Assembly (NCBI GenBank): GCA_012839925.1
Contig: DUMJ01000014.1
Span: 12,736 to 76,735, forward strand
Direction: 5' to 3'
DNA: 64,000 nt
DNA from: a bacterium
GTDB taxonomy: Bacteria; DUMJ01
The notes under the pieces were generated by a model. It saw only the letters and a list, made by a program, of their open reading frames with translations. It did not search any database and had not been told where the DNA came from. The position numbers and the translations under genes were made by a program. Shown here piece by piece: positions 20,153-30,781 of the stretch (position 1 is its first letter; each line of letters starts with the position of its first letter).

Positions 20153-20794
20153 ATGGATGCTAACAGGGAATGGTATAAAGAATCTCTTTTAGAAAGAGTT
20201 TCAGAGAATCTGAAGAAGCGTGGTTTCAATGCATTCTGGAGCAGGAATAGGGATGAGGCAAAAGCGAAGATTCTTGAGCTTATCCCTGAAGGCTCCAGGG
20301 TTGGAATAGGTGGTTCCATCTCTATAAGAGAGCTGGGAATTATTGATGATCTGGAGGCGAGAGGTTATACAATAGTTCATCACTGGAAATCTGAGCTTTC
20401 TCCTGAGCTGGATTTTCAGATAAGAAGAGAAGAGATTGTAACAGATGTCTTTCTCGCCAGCACCAATGCACTGACCATTGATGGGATTATAGTAAATACT
20501 GATGGTGTGGGAAACAGGGTTGCAGCTATGATCTTCGGTCCCAGGAAGGTTATACTGATCGCTGGAGTGAATAAAATAGTGAAAAACCTGGATGATGCAA
20601 TCTGGAGGATAAAAAATGTGGCTGCCCCTATAAATGCCCACAGGCTGGGTTCGAATACTCCCTGTGCCAAACTTGGTTATTGTGCCAATTGTTCAGGGAC
20701 TGCAAGTATATGCAGGGTTACCACCATAATAGAGTACAAGCCTTCAAAGACAGATTTCACTGTGGTTCTTGTAAACGAAGAATTAGGGTACTGA
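20153..20794 (+). CDS. LUD-domain (LutC/DUF162) protein
   Basis: 213 aa. The C-terminal Cys cluster CAKLGYCANCSGTASIC and overall length match the lactate-utilisation LUD family. Confidence 0.55.
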   Translation: MDANREWYKESLLERVSENLKKRGFNAFWSRNRDEAKAKILELIPEGSRVGIGGSISIRELGIIDDLEARGYTIVHHWKSELSPELDFQIRREEIVTDVFLASTNALTIDGIIVNTDGVGNRVAAMIFGPRKVILIAGVNKIVKNLDDAIWRIKNVAAPINAHRLGSNTPCAKLGYCANCSGTASICRVTTIIEYKPSKTDFTVVLVNEELGY

Positions 20795-22036
20795 ATGAGA
20801 GAGAATAGAAACAGCATATTTATAAAACTGTTCTATTTTTTCTATTATATAGGATGGGCGCTTGTTTTTTCCTTTATACCTGTTTATCTTAAAGGTATAG
20901 GATTTTCTATAGGAGAAATAGGGACTTTCTCAGCCATATCAGCATTGATAGGAGCCTTAATCCAGACCCCGATGGGTAACCTTTCCGATAGAGCGGGGAA
21001 GAGAAAATCCTTTATTGTTCTGGGTTTATTGATAAATAGTGCTATTTTTCTGTTTTTATTCCCGGGATTGACTAACTACAGAGATTTTCTGATAGTCTAC
21101 TCATCTATAGGACTCTGTACCTATACCGTCCTGACCCTGTCCAGCGTGCTAGTTTTAGACCTCAGCCTTTCGGGTGAAATTGGTAGAGACTATGCATCCA
21201 GCAGGATGTGGGGGAGTGCTGGCTTTCTGACATGTACACTCTTTACAGGTTTTTTCCCATCCCTTACTCAAGGTAATACTATATTTTTAATAACAGGAAT
21301 AGCATTTCTGATTTCTGCGGTATTTATCGCCTCTGTAAAAGAACCTGAAATTAAAACAAGTGTCTTGACTCCAAGTATGATAAGTATAAAAAGATTGATG
21401 AACAATAGACAGTTACTCAGTCTACTGGTCTTTTATTTTCTATACTATACTACCCTTACTGGTGCATCAAACTATGTAAATCTTCTGGTAAAGGCTTTAG
21501 GTGGATCGAACAGTATGGTAAGTTTCGCCTATGCCATGAGCTCTGGAATTGAGATACCTTTTATGTTTATTATGGGTAGCCTCTCTGACAAAATAGGCAG
21601 GAGACCTCTTTTGGTACTGGCATCTCTGGTCCTACCTGTAAGGATGCTTCTCTATTTTCTGGCAACAAATCCCCTGCATATAATAGGAATACAGACCATG
21701 CACAGTGTAACCTTTGCAGTTATGGTGGTGGTTCCTATGGCTTATGTAAATGATATAGTCTCTCCGCTGGAGAGGGGAACCGCTCAGGGGATGTTTAATA
21801 TGACAACTGGTTTTGCCTCAGCATTTGCTCCATTTCTGGCAGGTTATGTGGCGGACGCTGTTGGTATTTCCAGGATGTATATATTCCTTATGTTACTGGC
21901 AATTATATCTACAGTTGGTATAATTGGTTTTCTGGAGGAATCTAAGAAAGAAAGGGTTACTTTAGGGAGCAAAAATCATACGATAAATAAAGTATTGGGT
22001 ATATTCTCCGACCCTTTCTATAGAAGAATCAAATAA
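20795..22036 (+). CDS. MFS transporter
   Basis: 413 aa, about 12 TM segments. MFS-type loop GNLSDRAGKRK between TM2 and TM3. Confidence 0.6.
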   Translation: MRENRNSIFIKLFYFFYYIGWALVFSFIPVYLKGIGFSIGEIGTFSAISALIGALIQTPMGNLSDRAGKRKSFIVLGLLINSAIFLFLFPGLTNYRDFLIVYSSIGLCTYTVLTLSSVLVLDLSLSGEIGRDYASSRMWGSAGFLTCTLFTGFFPSLTQGNTIFLITGIAFLISAVFIASVKEPEIKTSVLTPSMISIKRLMNNRQLLSLLVFYFLYYTTLTGASNYVNLLVKALGGSNSMVSFAYAMSSGIEIPFMFIMGSLSDKIGRRPLLVLASLVLPVRMLLYFLATNPLHIIGIQTMHSVTFAVMVVVPMAYVNDIVSPLERGTAQGMFNMTTGFASAFAPFLAGYVADAVGISRMYIFLMLLAIISTVGIIGFLEESKKERVTLGSKNHTINKVLGIFSDPFYRRIK

Positions 22037-22058
22037 CTGGTGATATAATAATCTAACT

Positions 22059-22856
22059 ATGATTAAGGCATTGATTACTGACCTGGATGGTACCATACTG
22101 TTTAATGATGCCTTTCCTGAGGTGGTGAGGGAGGGCATTAATACACTTATAAAAAATGGGGTAAAAGTATATATAGCTAGCGGCAGGATGCTGAGCTCTA
22201 TATATCACTATCACAGAATGCTTGGTTTAGATACCCCAATTATAGCTTATAATGGAGCTATGATAGGAGATAAAGATTTAAATATCATCTATCATAATCC
22301 GATTGAATACTCATTATGGTATCAGATCTTTAATATGTTGCTGGAGGAAGACCTTCAGATAAATCTCTACTTTAACGATAGCCTCTATATATTCAGGAAA
22401 AATGGGTATGGTGGGAATTATCCTATACAGAATAAAGTCCCGGCATTTTTCGTAGATAAGATAGAGGATTTACCAGAGCTTCCAACGACAAAAGTTCTGG
22501 GGATTGGAGATCCTGATATAGTAAGAAAAGTTCAGGTCCAGTTAAAGGAAAGGTATAATAGTAATCTTTATATAACTACAAGTAGTCCGACCTATCTGGA
22601 GATTATGAATAGAGATGTCTCCAAGGGAAGAGCTCTAAGTATCCTGTCCAGTATCACAGGAATCTCTGTCTCTGAGATGGCTGGTTTAGGAGATAGCTTT
22701 AATGATCTGGAGCTTATAATGGATTCTGGTTTTGGAATAACATTTGATAATGCTCCCCTGGAGTTGAAAGAAAATGCAGATTATGTAACGGGACTTTCAT
22801 CTCCAGAGGGTTTTAGAGAGGTGGTAGATTTTATATTATGGAAGAATCTTTATTAA
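22059..22856 (+). CDS. Cof-type HAD-IIB family hydrolase
   Basis: N-terminal DLDGT motif. C-terminal GDSFND motif. 265 aa. Confidence 0.7.
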   Translation: MIKALITDLDGTILFNDAFPEVVREGINTLIKNGVKVYIASGRMLSSIYHYHRMLGLDTPIIAYNGAMIGDKDLNIIYHNPIEYSLWYQIFNMLLEEDLQINLYFNDSLYIFRKNGYGGNYPIQNKVPAFFVDKIEDLPELPTTKVLGIGDPDIVRKVQVQLKERYNSNLYITTSSPTYLEIMNRDVSKGRALSILSSITGISVSEMAGLGDSFNDLELIMDSGFGITFDNAPLELKENADYVTGLSSPEGFREVVDFILWKNLY

Positions 22857-23707
22857 ATCTTATAATAATAACTGGATTTTCTGGTGCAGGTAAGTCTCTT
22901 GCTATAAGATACTATGAGGATATGGGGTATTTCTGTATAGATAATCTCCCTGTCACTCTTATACCCAAACTTGTAGAGCTATGCCTTCAGTCTGATGGTA
23001 AGATAAAAAATGTTGCTTTAGTTATAGATATAAGGGGTAAAGAGTTTTTTGATTCTCTAAAGAATTCCCTGGAAACAGTACATAAAATGGGGGTAAAAGA
23101 AAAAATAATCTTCCTGGAAGCTACTGAGGAAGTTCTGATAAGGAGGTATGAAGAAACCCGTAGACCCCATCCCCTTGGAGAATTTGGAACTCTTTCTGAG
23201 AATATAAGGAAAGAAAAAAGAGCTTTAGAGCCGATCAGAGAAATGGCGGATTATGTGATAGATACATCCAGAATACCTCCGTCACAGTTGAAAGAGGTCC
23301 TTCAGAAGCTCTCATTGTTTAAGGCTAAGGATACTATAGTATTTAATCTTGTGTCATTTGGTTATAAGTTTGGAATCCCTCTGGATGCAGATTTAATCCT
23401 AGATGTGAGATTCCTGAATAATCCATTTTATGAGCCCGAATTAAAATATAAGAGCGGATTGGATAAAGAGGTAAAAGATTATGTGATGGGGGATGCTGCT
23501 GCAGAGGGTTTTTTGGAGAGAGTGGCAGACCTGATAGAATTTCTTGTACCTCAGTACATCAGGTTGGGAAAAGATCAGATAACGATAGGGATAGGATGCA
23601 CCGGAGGAAGACACAGGTCACCGGCTATAGTCGATGTCTTAAGGAAGAAACTGGAGGATGAGGGTTATAGGGTAACAGTTACCCATAGAGATATAGAAGC
23701 AGAGTGA
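22838..23707 (+). CDS. rapZ: RNase adapter protein RapZ (YvcJ family P-loop protein)
   Basis: GFSGAGKS Walker A, DNLP motif. 289 aa. Followed by whiA. Confidence 0.8.
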   Translation: MEESLLNLIIITGFSGAGKSLAIRYYEDMGYFCIDNLPVTLIPKLVELCLQSDGKIKNVALVIDIRGKEFFDSLKNSLETVHKMGVKEKIIFLEATEEVLIRRYEETRRPHPLGEFGTLSENIRKEKRALEPIREMADYVIDTSRIPPSQLKEVLQKLSLFKAKDTIVFNLVSFGYKFGIPLDADLILDVRFLNNPFYEPELKYKSGLDKEVKDYVMGDAAAEGFLERVADLIEFLVPQYIRLGKDQITIGIGCTGGRHRSPAIVDVLRKKLEDEGYRVTVTHRDIEAE

Positions 23708-23710
23708 AGT

Positions 23711-24541
23711 ATGGAGCGATATTCTGAATCTTTAAGATTTGAGCTGTGTAAAAAAGTTCCGCAAGATATTCAGGAAGCGATCGTCGAACTTCAGGGTATA
23801 GTTGGCTCCAGAAAAAATATCAAAAAGAATTATATATATACCGATAGAATGAATGTCGCAAACAGGGTAACTCTTCTCTGGAAGACCGTCTTTAATTCAA
23901 CTGTTAACCTGGATATAAAGAAACATAAAGATACCTATCGATTTTATATAAAACTTGATGAGAGTTATTATGATCTTTTAGAGTGGAAAGGAGAACTCCC
24001 CGATTATTTTTTGAGGGGAGTGTTTATAGCCTGCGGATTTATCTCTGATCCAGAGAAGGTTTACAGGATAGAATTAATACCAATCAACAGAGAATTTACC
24101 AGATATATCTCAAAAGCGCTTGATTCTCTTAGTCTCAGATATAACGTATATGGAAAGAGAGTCTATATAAATGGATTTTCTAATGCCGAGAGATTTTTAA
24201 GTCTGATAGGTGTTCAGCATGGCATTTTACAGTTAGAAGAGGTCAGAACCATGAAGTTGATCAGAGAAGATACCAACAGGAGGATAAATTTCCAGGGGTC
24301 CAATATTGAGAAAACCCTGAGGACATCTGATAGAGAGATAGATGTTATAAACAGACTTATGGAGAGCGGGAGATTACCTGAGAGATATATAAAAGTAGCT
24401 GATCTGAGGCTCAGATATCCTCATGCTACTCTCAGTGAGCTTGCACAATTGTCTCAGCCACCTGTGAGTAAAAGTACCATGGCATATTATATGAAGAGAC
24501 TGGAAAAAATCGCCAATGCCGTTAATAAAGATAGACCCTGA
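23711..24541 (+). CDS. whiA: DNA-binding protein WhiA
   Basis: LAGLIDADG-derived middle domain (RGVFIACGFISDP). C-terminal HTH (LSELAQLSQPPVSKSTMAYYMKRL). Conserved position after rapZ. Confidence 0.75.
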   Translation: MERYSESLRFELCKKVPQDIQEAIVELQGIVGSRKNIKKNYIYTDRMNVANRVTLLWKTVFNSTVNLDIKKHKDTYRFYIKLDESYYDLLEWKGELPDYFLRGVFIACGFISDPEKVYRIELIPINREFTRYISKALDSLSLRYNVYGKRVYINGFSNAERFLSLIGVQHGILQLEEVRTMKLIREDTNRRINFQGSNIEKTLRTSDREIDVINRLMESGRLPERYIKVADLRLRYPHATLSELAQLSQPPVSKSTMAYYMKRLEKIANAVNKDRP

Positions 24542-25460
24542 CGCATACTCTTATACTGAGTCAAGGGTAAAAGATTTCCCCAATGTAACTGCTTACATAG
24601 CTATTGGTGGGGTGGATGTCGGTAAGACTTCCTTTGCTATAAGTCTCTCTGCTTATCTTCTAAAGATGGGTTACAATGTATTATTTATGGATTTAGATCT
24701 CGGGCAGTCAACTATAGGGTTACCTACGACCATCTCTCTTGGCAGAGCGAGTTTAGATGGAGAGGATTTTATAAGGATTGATCTAGTAATGTCTGAATTT
24801 ATAGGTAATAATACACCAGATGGGCTTGAGCCTCTCATCCTATCAAGATTTTATAAACTTCTCTCTCTTGTCCCTGAAGATGATAATGTTAAGCTTGTAG
24901 TGGATACCTGTGGATATATAAATTCTCCCAGGGCTCTTGGTTACAAGAGAGGTATAATTGAGTCTATACCTGATAGACTGACAATAGTCATATCTGATAG
25001 ACCCTGGGCTAAAAGATTTGTCGATTATACCCCGGGGAAAAGAGTGATATTAGAACCTCTACCAGGGGCAAAACGGAGAGATTTCCAGGTTAGAAAAGAA
25101 CGAAGAGAGTCTTTATTAAAAGAATACTTTTCTACCAATCTCACCCTTTTTTATGCAAGCATATATTTGTTCTATTTTCCTTACCCGCTTCTCTCTTTAA
25201 AGGAGTGTTTGACTGATATGCTAAAATATAAGTGGACTATCAGAGAAGAAGACCTTAACGGGTTAATTGTGGGGTTAAAGGATAGGGATGGCAGGTTTTT
25301 AGGTCTGGGAAGGATAATTGAGATGACTGGAAATAATCTTTTGTTAGAGACTCCTGTAAATTTTATAAGAGAGATAAGATTTATAGAATTATCGAAGATA
25401 AGGGTTGATGGTCAATATAAAGAAACAGGAAAGTTATTAATTTTTCAAAAGGAGGAATGA
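24516..25460 (+). CDS. Clp1/Grc3-family P-loop polynucleotide 5'-OH kinase-like protein
   Basis: GGVDVGKTS Walker A, then ...FMDLDLGQSTIG (Clp1 DLDxGQ signature). VDTCGYI (Clp1 INTCGW-like). RKERRESLLKEYF (Clp1 RDERIREYF-like). 314 aa. Confidence 0.5.
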   Translation: MPLIKIDPDAYSYTESRVKDFPNVTAYIAIGGVDVGKTSFAISLSAYLLKMGYNVLFMDLDLGQSTIGLPTTISLGRASLDGEDFIRIDLVMSEFIGNNTPDGLEPLILSRFYKLLSLVPEDDNVKLVVDTCGYINSPRALGYKRGIIESIPDRLTIVISDRPWAKRFVDYTPGKRVILEPLPGAKRRDFQVRKERRESLLKEYFSTNLTLFYASIYLFYFPYPLLSLKECLTDMLKYKWTIREEDLNGLIVGLKDRDGRFLGLGRIIEMTGNNLLLETPVNFIREIRFIELSKIRVDGQYKETGKLLIFQKEE

Positions 25461-26465
<1,005 letters not shown>

Positions 26466-26477
26466 GGAGTAACCGTT

Positions 26478-27677
26478 ATGAATAAACTTACTATTAAAGA
26501 TATAGACCTGAAAGGGAAAAAGGTTCTGACCAGGGTGGACTTTAATGTCCCCCTGGCTGATGGAAAGGTGGCTGATGATACCAGAATAAGGGCTGCCCTT
26601 CCCACCATAAATTATATGAGAGAGAAGGGGGCTAAAGTTATCCTTGTTACTCATCTTGGAAGACCCAAGGGTGTTACCGAGGGACTGAGATTGGACCCTG
26701 TAGCCCAGAGACTAAAAGAGCTTGGAGTTCCAGTGAAAAAACTAAATGATTGTATAGGAGACGAAGTAAAGAAAGCTGTATCAGAGATGAAAGAAGGAGA
26801 GGTAATTCTTCTTGAGAATGTAAGGTTCTATCCTGAGGAAGAGAAAAACGATCCAAAATTCGCCCAGGAATTGGCAAGCCTTGCAGACATCTATGTAAAC
26901 GATGCCTTTGGAACTGCACACAGGGCTCATGCATCTACTGAAGGGGTTGCTAGAATACTCCCCGCAGTTGCAGGATTTCTTATGGAAAAAGAGATTACCT
27001 TCTTTTCCAAGGTGCTGGAATCTCCGGAAAGACCATTTGTAGCGGTATTGGGTGGGGCAAAGGTATCTGACAAGATCGGGGTTATTAAGAATCTTCTGGA
27101 CAAAGTTGACATTATCCTGATAGGTGGAGGTATGGCTTATACCTTCTTAAAATCCCTGGGTTATGAGGTGGGTAAGTCTATCTGTGAGATAGACAAAGTC
27201 TCACTGGCAAAAGAACTTCTGAATTTAGCTAAGGAAAAGAAGGTAGAACTTATACTTCCAGTAGATGTGGTTGTCGCTGATAAGTTTGCTCCTGATGCCA
27301 ACACAAAAGTTGTACCTGTATCTCAGATACCACCTGACTGGCAAGGTCTGGATATAGGACCAGAGACAAGACAGCTCTTTTCTCAAAAAGTGTCTCAGGC
27401 TAAGACTATAGTATGGAATGGGCCTCTGGGGGTATTTGAGATGCCGGCTTTTAGTGAAGGCACAAAGGCTGTTGGAATTGCCATAGCAAATACTGATGCA
27501 CTGAAGGTAGTTGGTGGGGGAGAAACTGCAGAGGCAGTGGAAAAGTTTGGACTTACAGATAAGATGACCCATGTCTCCACTGGTGGCGGTGCAAGTTTAG
27601 AATTCCTGGAGGGTAAGGTTCTCCCAGGAGTAGCAATACTGGATGATAGTGAGAGTATAAAGAGGAAGCTTAAATGA
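26478..27677 (+). CDS. pgk: phosphoglycerate kinase
   Basis: RVDFNVP, GGGASLE and the rest of the PGK layout. 399 aa. Confidence 0.9.
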   Translation: MNKLTIKDIDLKGKKVLTRVDFNVPLADGKVADDTRIRAALPTINYMREKGAKVILVTHLGRPKGVTEGLRLDPVAQRLKELGVPVKKLNDCIGDEVKKAVSEMKEGEVILLENVRFYPEEEKNDPKFAQELASLADIYVNDAFGTAHRAHASTEGVARILPAVAGFLMEKEITFFSKVLESPERPFVAVLGGAKVSDKIGVIKNLLDKVDIILIGGGMAYTFLKSLGYEVGKSICEIDKVSLAKELLNLAKEKKVELILPVDVVVADKFAPDANTKVVPVSQIPPDWQGLDIGPETRQLFSQKVSQAKTIVWNGPLGVFEMPAFSEGTKAVGIAIANTDALKVVGGGETAEAVEKFGLTDKMTHVSTGGGASLEFLEGKVLPGVAILDDSESIKRKLK

Positions 27678-28423
27678 GAAGAAGGCTTATCGCGGGGAAC
27701 TGGAAGATGAATGGTACTGTATCAGATGCTATTGCTCTGGTACAGCGCCTGAAGATATTAATTTCTGACATTCAGGATAGGGATGTCGCTGTATGCCCAC
27801 CATTTACTCTTTTAGATACGGTATCAAAGATGATAATTGATACAAGGATATTTCTTGGTGCTCAGGATATGTTTTGGGAAGAAAAGGGAGCTTTTACCGG
27901 TGAAATATCCCCATTGATGCTTAAAGAGTTTAACTGTACATTTGTTATCCTCGGACATTCTGAAAGACGCTGGATTATAGGGGAGACAGACGAATTTATA
28001 TCTAAGAAGGTTGATTCTGCTATCAGAAATGGGCTTACTCCTATCCTCTGTGTCGGGGAACGTCTGGAAGATAGAGAGGCTGATAGAACCAGGGATGTGG
28101 TGATCTCACAGTTAAATGGAAGCCTCTCCTTAATTAAGGACCCTGAATCTCTGGTTATTGCATATGAGCCAGTGTGGGCTATCGGTACCGGGAAACCTGC
28201 CTATCCTGAAGATGCAGTAGAAGTTATATCTATGATAAGAGACTGGTATCGAGAGCGGTTTGGGAAAGAGAAGGGAGAAAGTGTAAGGATTCTCTATGGA
28301 GGAAGTGTAACTCCTTCCAACATAGATAGCTTTATGAAAGAAGAAGAGATAGATGGTGCACTGGTTGGTGGGGCAAGTTTAAATGCGGATAGTTTTGCTA
28401 GAATAGTGAAGTATTTGATGTAG
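27674..28423 (+). CDS. tpiA: triosephosphate isomerase
   Basis: GNWKMN, active-site region [16 protein letters not shown]. 249 aa. ATGA-coupled to pgk. Confidence 0.9.
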   Translation: MRRRLIAGNWKMNGTVSDAIALVQRLKILISDIQDRDVAVCPPFTLLDTVSKMIIDTRIFLGAQDMFWEEKGAFTGEISPLMLKEFNCTFVILGHSERRWIIGETDEFISKKVDSAIRNGLTPILCVGERLEDREADRTRDVVISQLNGSLSLIKDPESLVIAYEPVWAIGTGKPAYPEDAVEVISMIRDWYRERFGKEKGESVRILYGGSVTPSNIDSFMKEEEIDGALVGGASLNADSFARIVKYLM

Positions 28424-28434
28424 ATGGAGGTCTT

Positions 28435-28653
28435 ATGAAGACAACATTTATGATAATACAACTTGTAATAGCCATAGTGTTAAGTCTGGTGATTCTATTA
28501 GAACCTCCAAGAGGAGAGGGTCTGGGAGCTATAGGTGGTTCTGCTAAACTTTTTCACGTTGGAAAAGAAAAAGAAAGACGGCTGGATATGATTGTGGCTA
28601 TTGCGGGTGGGGCATTTTTTGTACTGGCTGGAATCCTGGCTTGGGCTATGTAG
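28435..28653 (+). CDS. secG: preprotein translocase subunit SecG
   Basis: 72 aa, two TM segments with a glycine-rich linker (RGEGLGAIGGSAKLF). Conserved position after tpiA. Confidence 0.65.
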   Translation: MKTTFMIIQLVIAIVLSLVILLEPPRGEGLGAIGGSAKLFHVGKEKERRLDMIVAIAGGAFFVLAGILAWAM

Positions 28654-28668
28654 ACAGGTAGACAGATA

Positions 28669-28706
28669 AAGGAGGCGGAATTCCGCCTCCTTATTTTTTT
28701 GTTTTT
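28669..28706. terminator. rho-independent terminator (GC-rich 10-bp stem + T-run), possibly bidirectional for convergent genes
   Basis: ggaggcggaa/ttccgcctcc perfect stem, followed by ttatttttttgttttt. Lies between secG (+) and the activase (-). Confidence 0.75.
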
Positions 28707-28721
28707 ATACATACTGATACA

Positions 28722-29699
28722 CTAACTATCTATAGTCAAAGATAAATCTTCCTCACTTAAGTTCTCCCACTTTCCACATCTTCCCCCCAACCTCGCTATA
28801 AGTTTCCCCTCTATAAGGACATTGGTAATCTCACAAAGATTAGAGCATCCTTTGCATTCAAATCCTCTTGTGGTAATATTCTGGTCAGCTGTCTCAAACC
28901 CCTTAAACCTTGTCCTTTTTATTCCATATTCCTGGGCTAATAGTGCAGCCCCTATAGCACCCATAAGAGAAAAATATGGTGGTATTATAATCTCTACCCC
29001 CAGGGCTCTTTCAAGAGCTACCTTTATCCCCTTATTAGCCGCTACGCCACCTTGAAAGAGTATAGGTGGTCTTATTTCCTTTCCTCTACCGACATTGCTC
29101 AAGTAATTTCTTACCAGAGCTTCACAGAGACCAAACAGAATATCCTCTTGCCTGTGACCAAGTTGTTGTTTGTGTATCATATCTGACTCTGCAAAAACGG
29201 TGCATCTACCAGCTATTCTTACTGGATTAGTGGACCTAAGGGCTATATCACCAAAATCTTCTATAGATATCCCCAACCTTTGTGCCTGATGATCAAGGAA
29301 TGAACCCGTCCCAGCAGCACATACGGAATTCATGGCAAAGTCCACAACAATCCCATCTCTTATTATAATAATCTTTGAATCCTGCCCACCTATCTCTATT
29401 ATTGTCTGGATATCTGAATTATAGTGTAAACCTGCAGTGGCATGTGCGGTAATTTCATTCTTTATGACGTCTGCACCAACAACAGCCCCTACCAGGAATC
29501 GAGCGCTTCCAGTTACCCCTACCCCTTCTATCTCTAACTCATCTCCGAATTGAGCCTTAATTTTAGAGAAACCATCCTTTACCGCTCTTATAGGGTCTCC
29601 TCCAGTCCTGAGGTATAGACCCACTACCAGATTCCCCTTTTCGTCGATTACCGCTATATCAGTACTTACAGAACCCACATCTACACCGAGATATTTCAC
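28722..29699 (-). CDS. acyl-CoA dehydratase activase (BadF/BadG/BcrA/BcrD ATPase family, HgdC-like)
   Basis: N-terminus YLGVDVGSVSTDIAVID (ASKHA fold). C-terminal Cys (CKGCSNLC) for the bridging [4Fe-4S]. 325 aa. Confidence 0.75.
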   Translation of the reverse strand: MKYLGVDVGSVSTDIAVIDEKGNLVVGLYLRTGGDPIRAVKDGFSKIKAQFGDELEIEGVGVTGSARFLVGAVVGADVIKNEITAHATAGLHYNSDIQTIIEIGGQDSKIIIIRDGIVVDFAMNSVCAAGTGSFLDHQAQRLGISIEDFGDIALRSTNPVRIAGRCTVFAESDMIHKQQLGHRQEDILFGLCEALVRNYLSNVGRGKEIRPPILFQGGVAANKGIKVALERALGVEIIIPPYFSLMGAIGAALLAQEYGIKRTRFKGFETADQNITTRGFECKGCSNLCEITNVLIEGKLIARLGGRCGKWENLSEEDLSLTIDS

Positions 29700-30781
29700 C
29701 CTGCTAACCTCCGTTTCTTTTTAGCTCTGAGCATGTCAACAAAAGCTTCAAGTCTGGTATTTATACCGACCAATCCTGTTTGTTCATCTATAGATAGAGT
29801 TAGAGTGGGTATATTGTAATCCTTACTGACTCTTTCCAGAACACTCTCAGAAACTATCTCTGGCATACAGGTAAATGGCAATAAATGGATTACTCCATCA
29901 AATCCCCTTTCAGCAAACTCTATAGTATGAGCTATAGTTCTCTGACCTTCACCTCCAACTGACCTCTTTATATAGGGAATAGCTATTTTAACTTTTTCTT
30001 CCAGGTCTTTGGACTTAAATATGGGGAAGTATATTCTGACTATATCTTCTATGTAAAAAGCGTTCTCAGCCAGGACTCCAATTTCTCCCAGTCTTCTGGC
30101 TATTTCAAAGTTGGTAAAGTGGTCAAGTACCACATAAAATTCTCCCACTATCCCTATCTTAACTAAGTCATCTAAAAGATTAGAATCTATAAGCTTGCTG
30201 GTTCTCTCACTGTATTCATCCAGTACCCTATCTATATCTGAGAAATTTTCAGCAAGTTCTAATCCCCTATGCGCTTCTTTTATAAATTCATCCACCTGTC
30301 CCTTATATCTTTCAAATGGTCTGGCTCTTCTGGCTGTTTTGTCTATCTCATCTACAGCCAGGACTTTCTTCCATGCAAGTTTAAGGGCTTTAACTACGGT
30401 GATAATACTCTTACCATTTATAAGTTTTCTTATATTCTTAAAAAGATTTATCCAGCCATTGGATAAATCCAGTATAATCCAGTTAACGTCATAGTCAAGA
30501 TTCTTTAAGATTCTTCTCTGCACCTCTGCATAATATCCAAAACGACAGGGTCCAATCCCCCCAAGCATCAGGATTGTATCTGCTCCTTTTTCTATGGATT
30601 CAATATAATTGCCCAGTGTAATTTTTAGAGGGAGACAGGCAAACTCCGGTGCATATTTCACACCAATGGAAAGAGTCCTGTTGGTGGATGGGGGAGGAGG
30701 GACAATGTCATGTCCAAGGTCTCTGAGCAGAGATTCAATAGCGATTCTGGCATCACCAAACGGTGGATAAGTTATTTTCAC
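29696..30781 (-). CDS. 2-hydroxyacyl-CoA dehydratase-like / activase-associated protein (HgdB/DUF2229-like)
   Basis: 361 aa. Translationally coupled to the activase. Conserved Cys residues. Resembles the uncharacterised domains fused to activases in large clostridial 'CoA-substrate-specific enzyme activase' proteins. Confidence 0.45.
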   Translation of the reverse strand: MKITYPPFGDARIAIESLLRDLGHDIVPPPPSTNRTLSIGVKYAPEFACLPLKITLGNYIESIEKGADTILMLGGIGPCRFGYYAEVQRRILKNLDYDVNWIILDLSNGWINLFKNIRKLINGKSIITVVKALKLAWKKVLAVDEIDKTARRARPFERYKGQVDEFIKEAHRGLELAENFSDIDRVLDEYSERTSKLIDSNLLDDLVKIGIVGEFYVVLDHFTNFEIARRLGEIGVLAENAFYIEDIVRIYFPIFKSKDLEEKVKIAIPYIKRSVGGEGQRTIAHTIEFAERGFDGVIHLLPFTCMPEIVSESVLERVSKDYNIPTLTLSIDEQTGLVGINTRLEAFVDMLRAKKKRRLAG

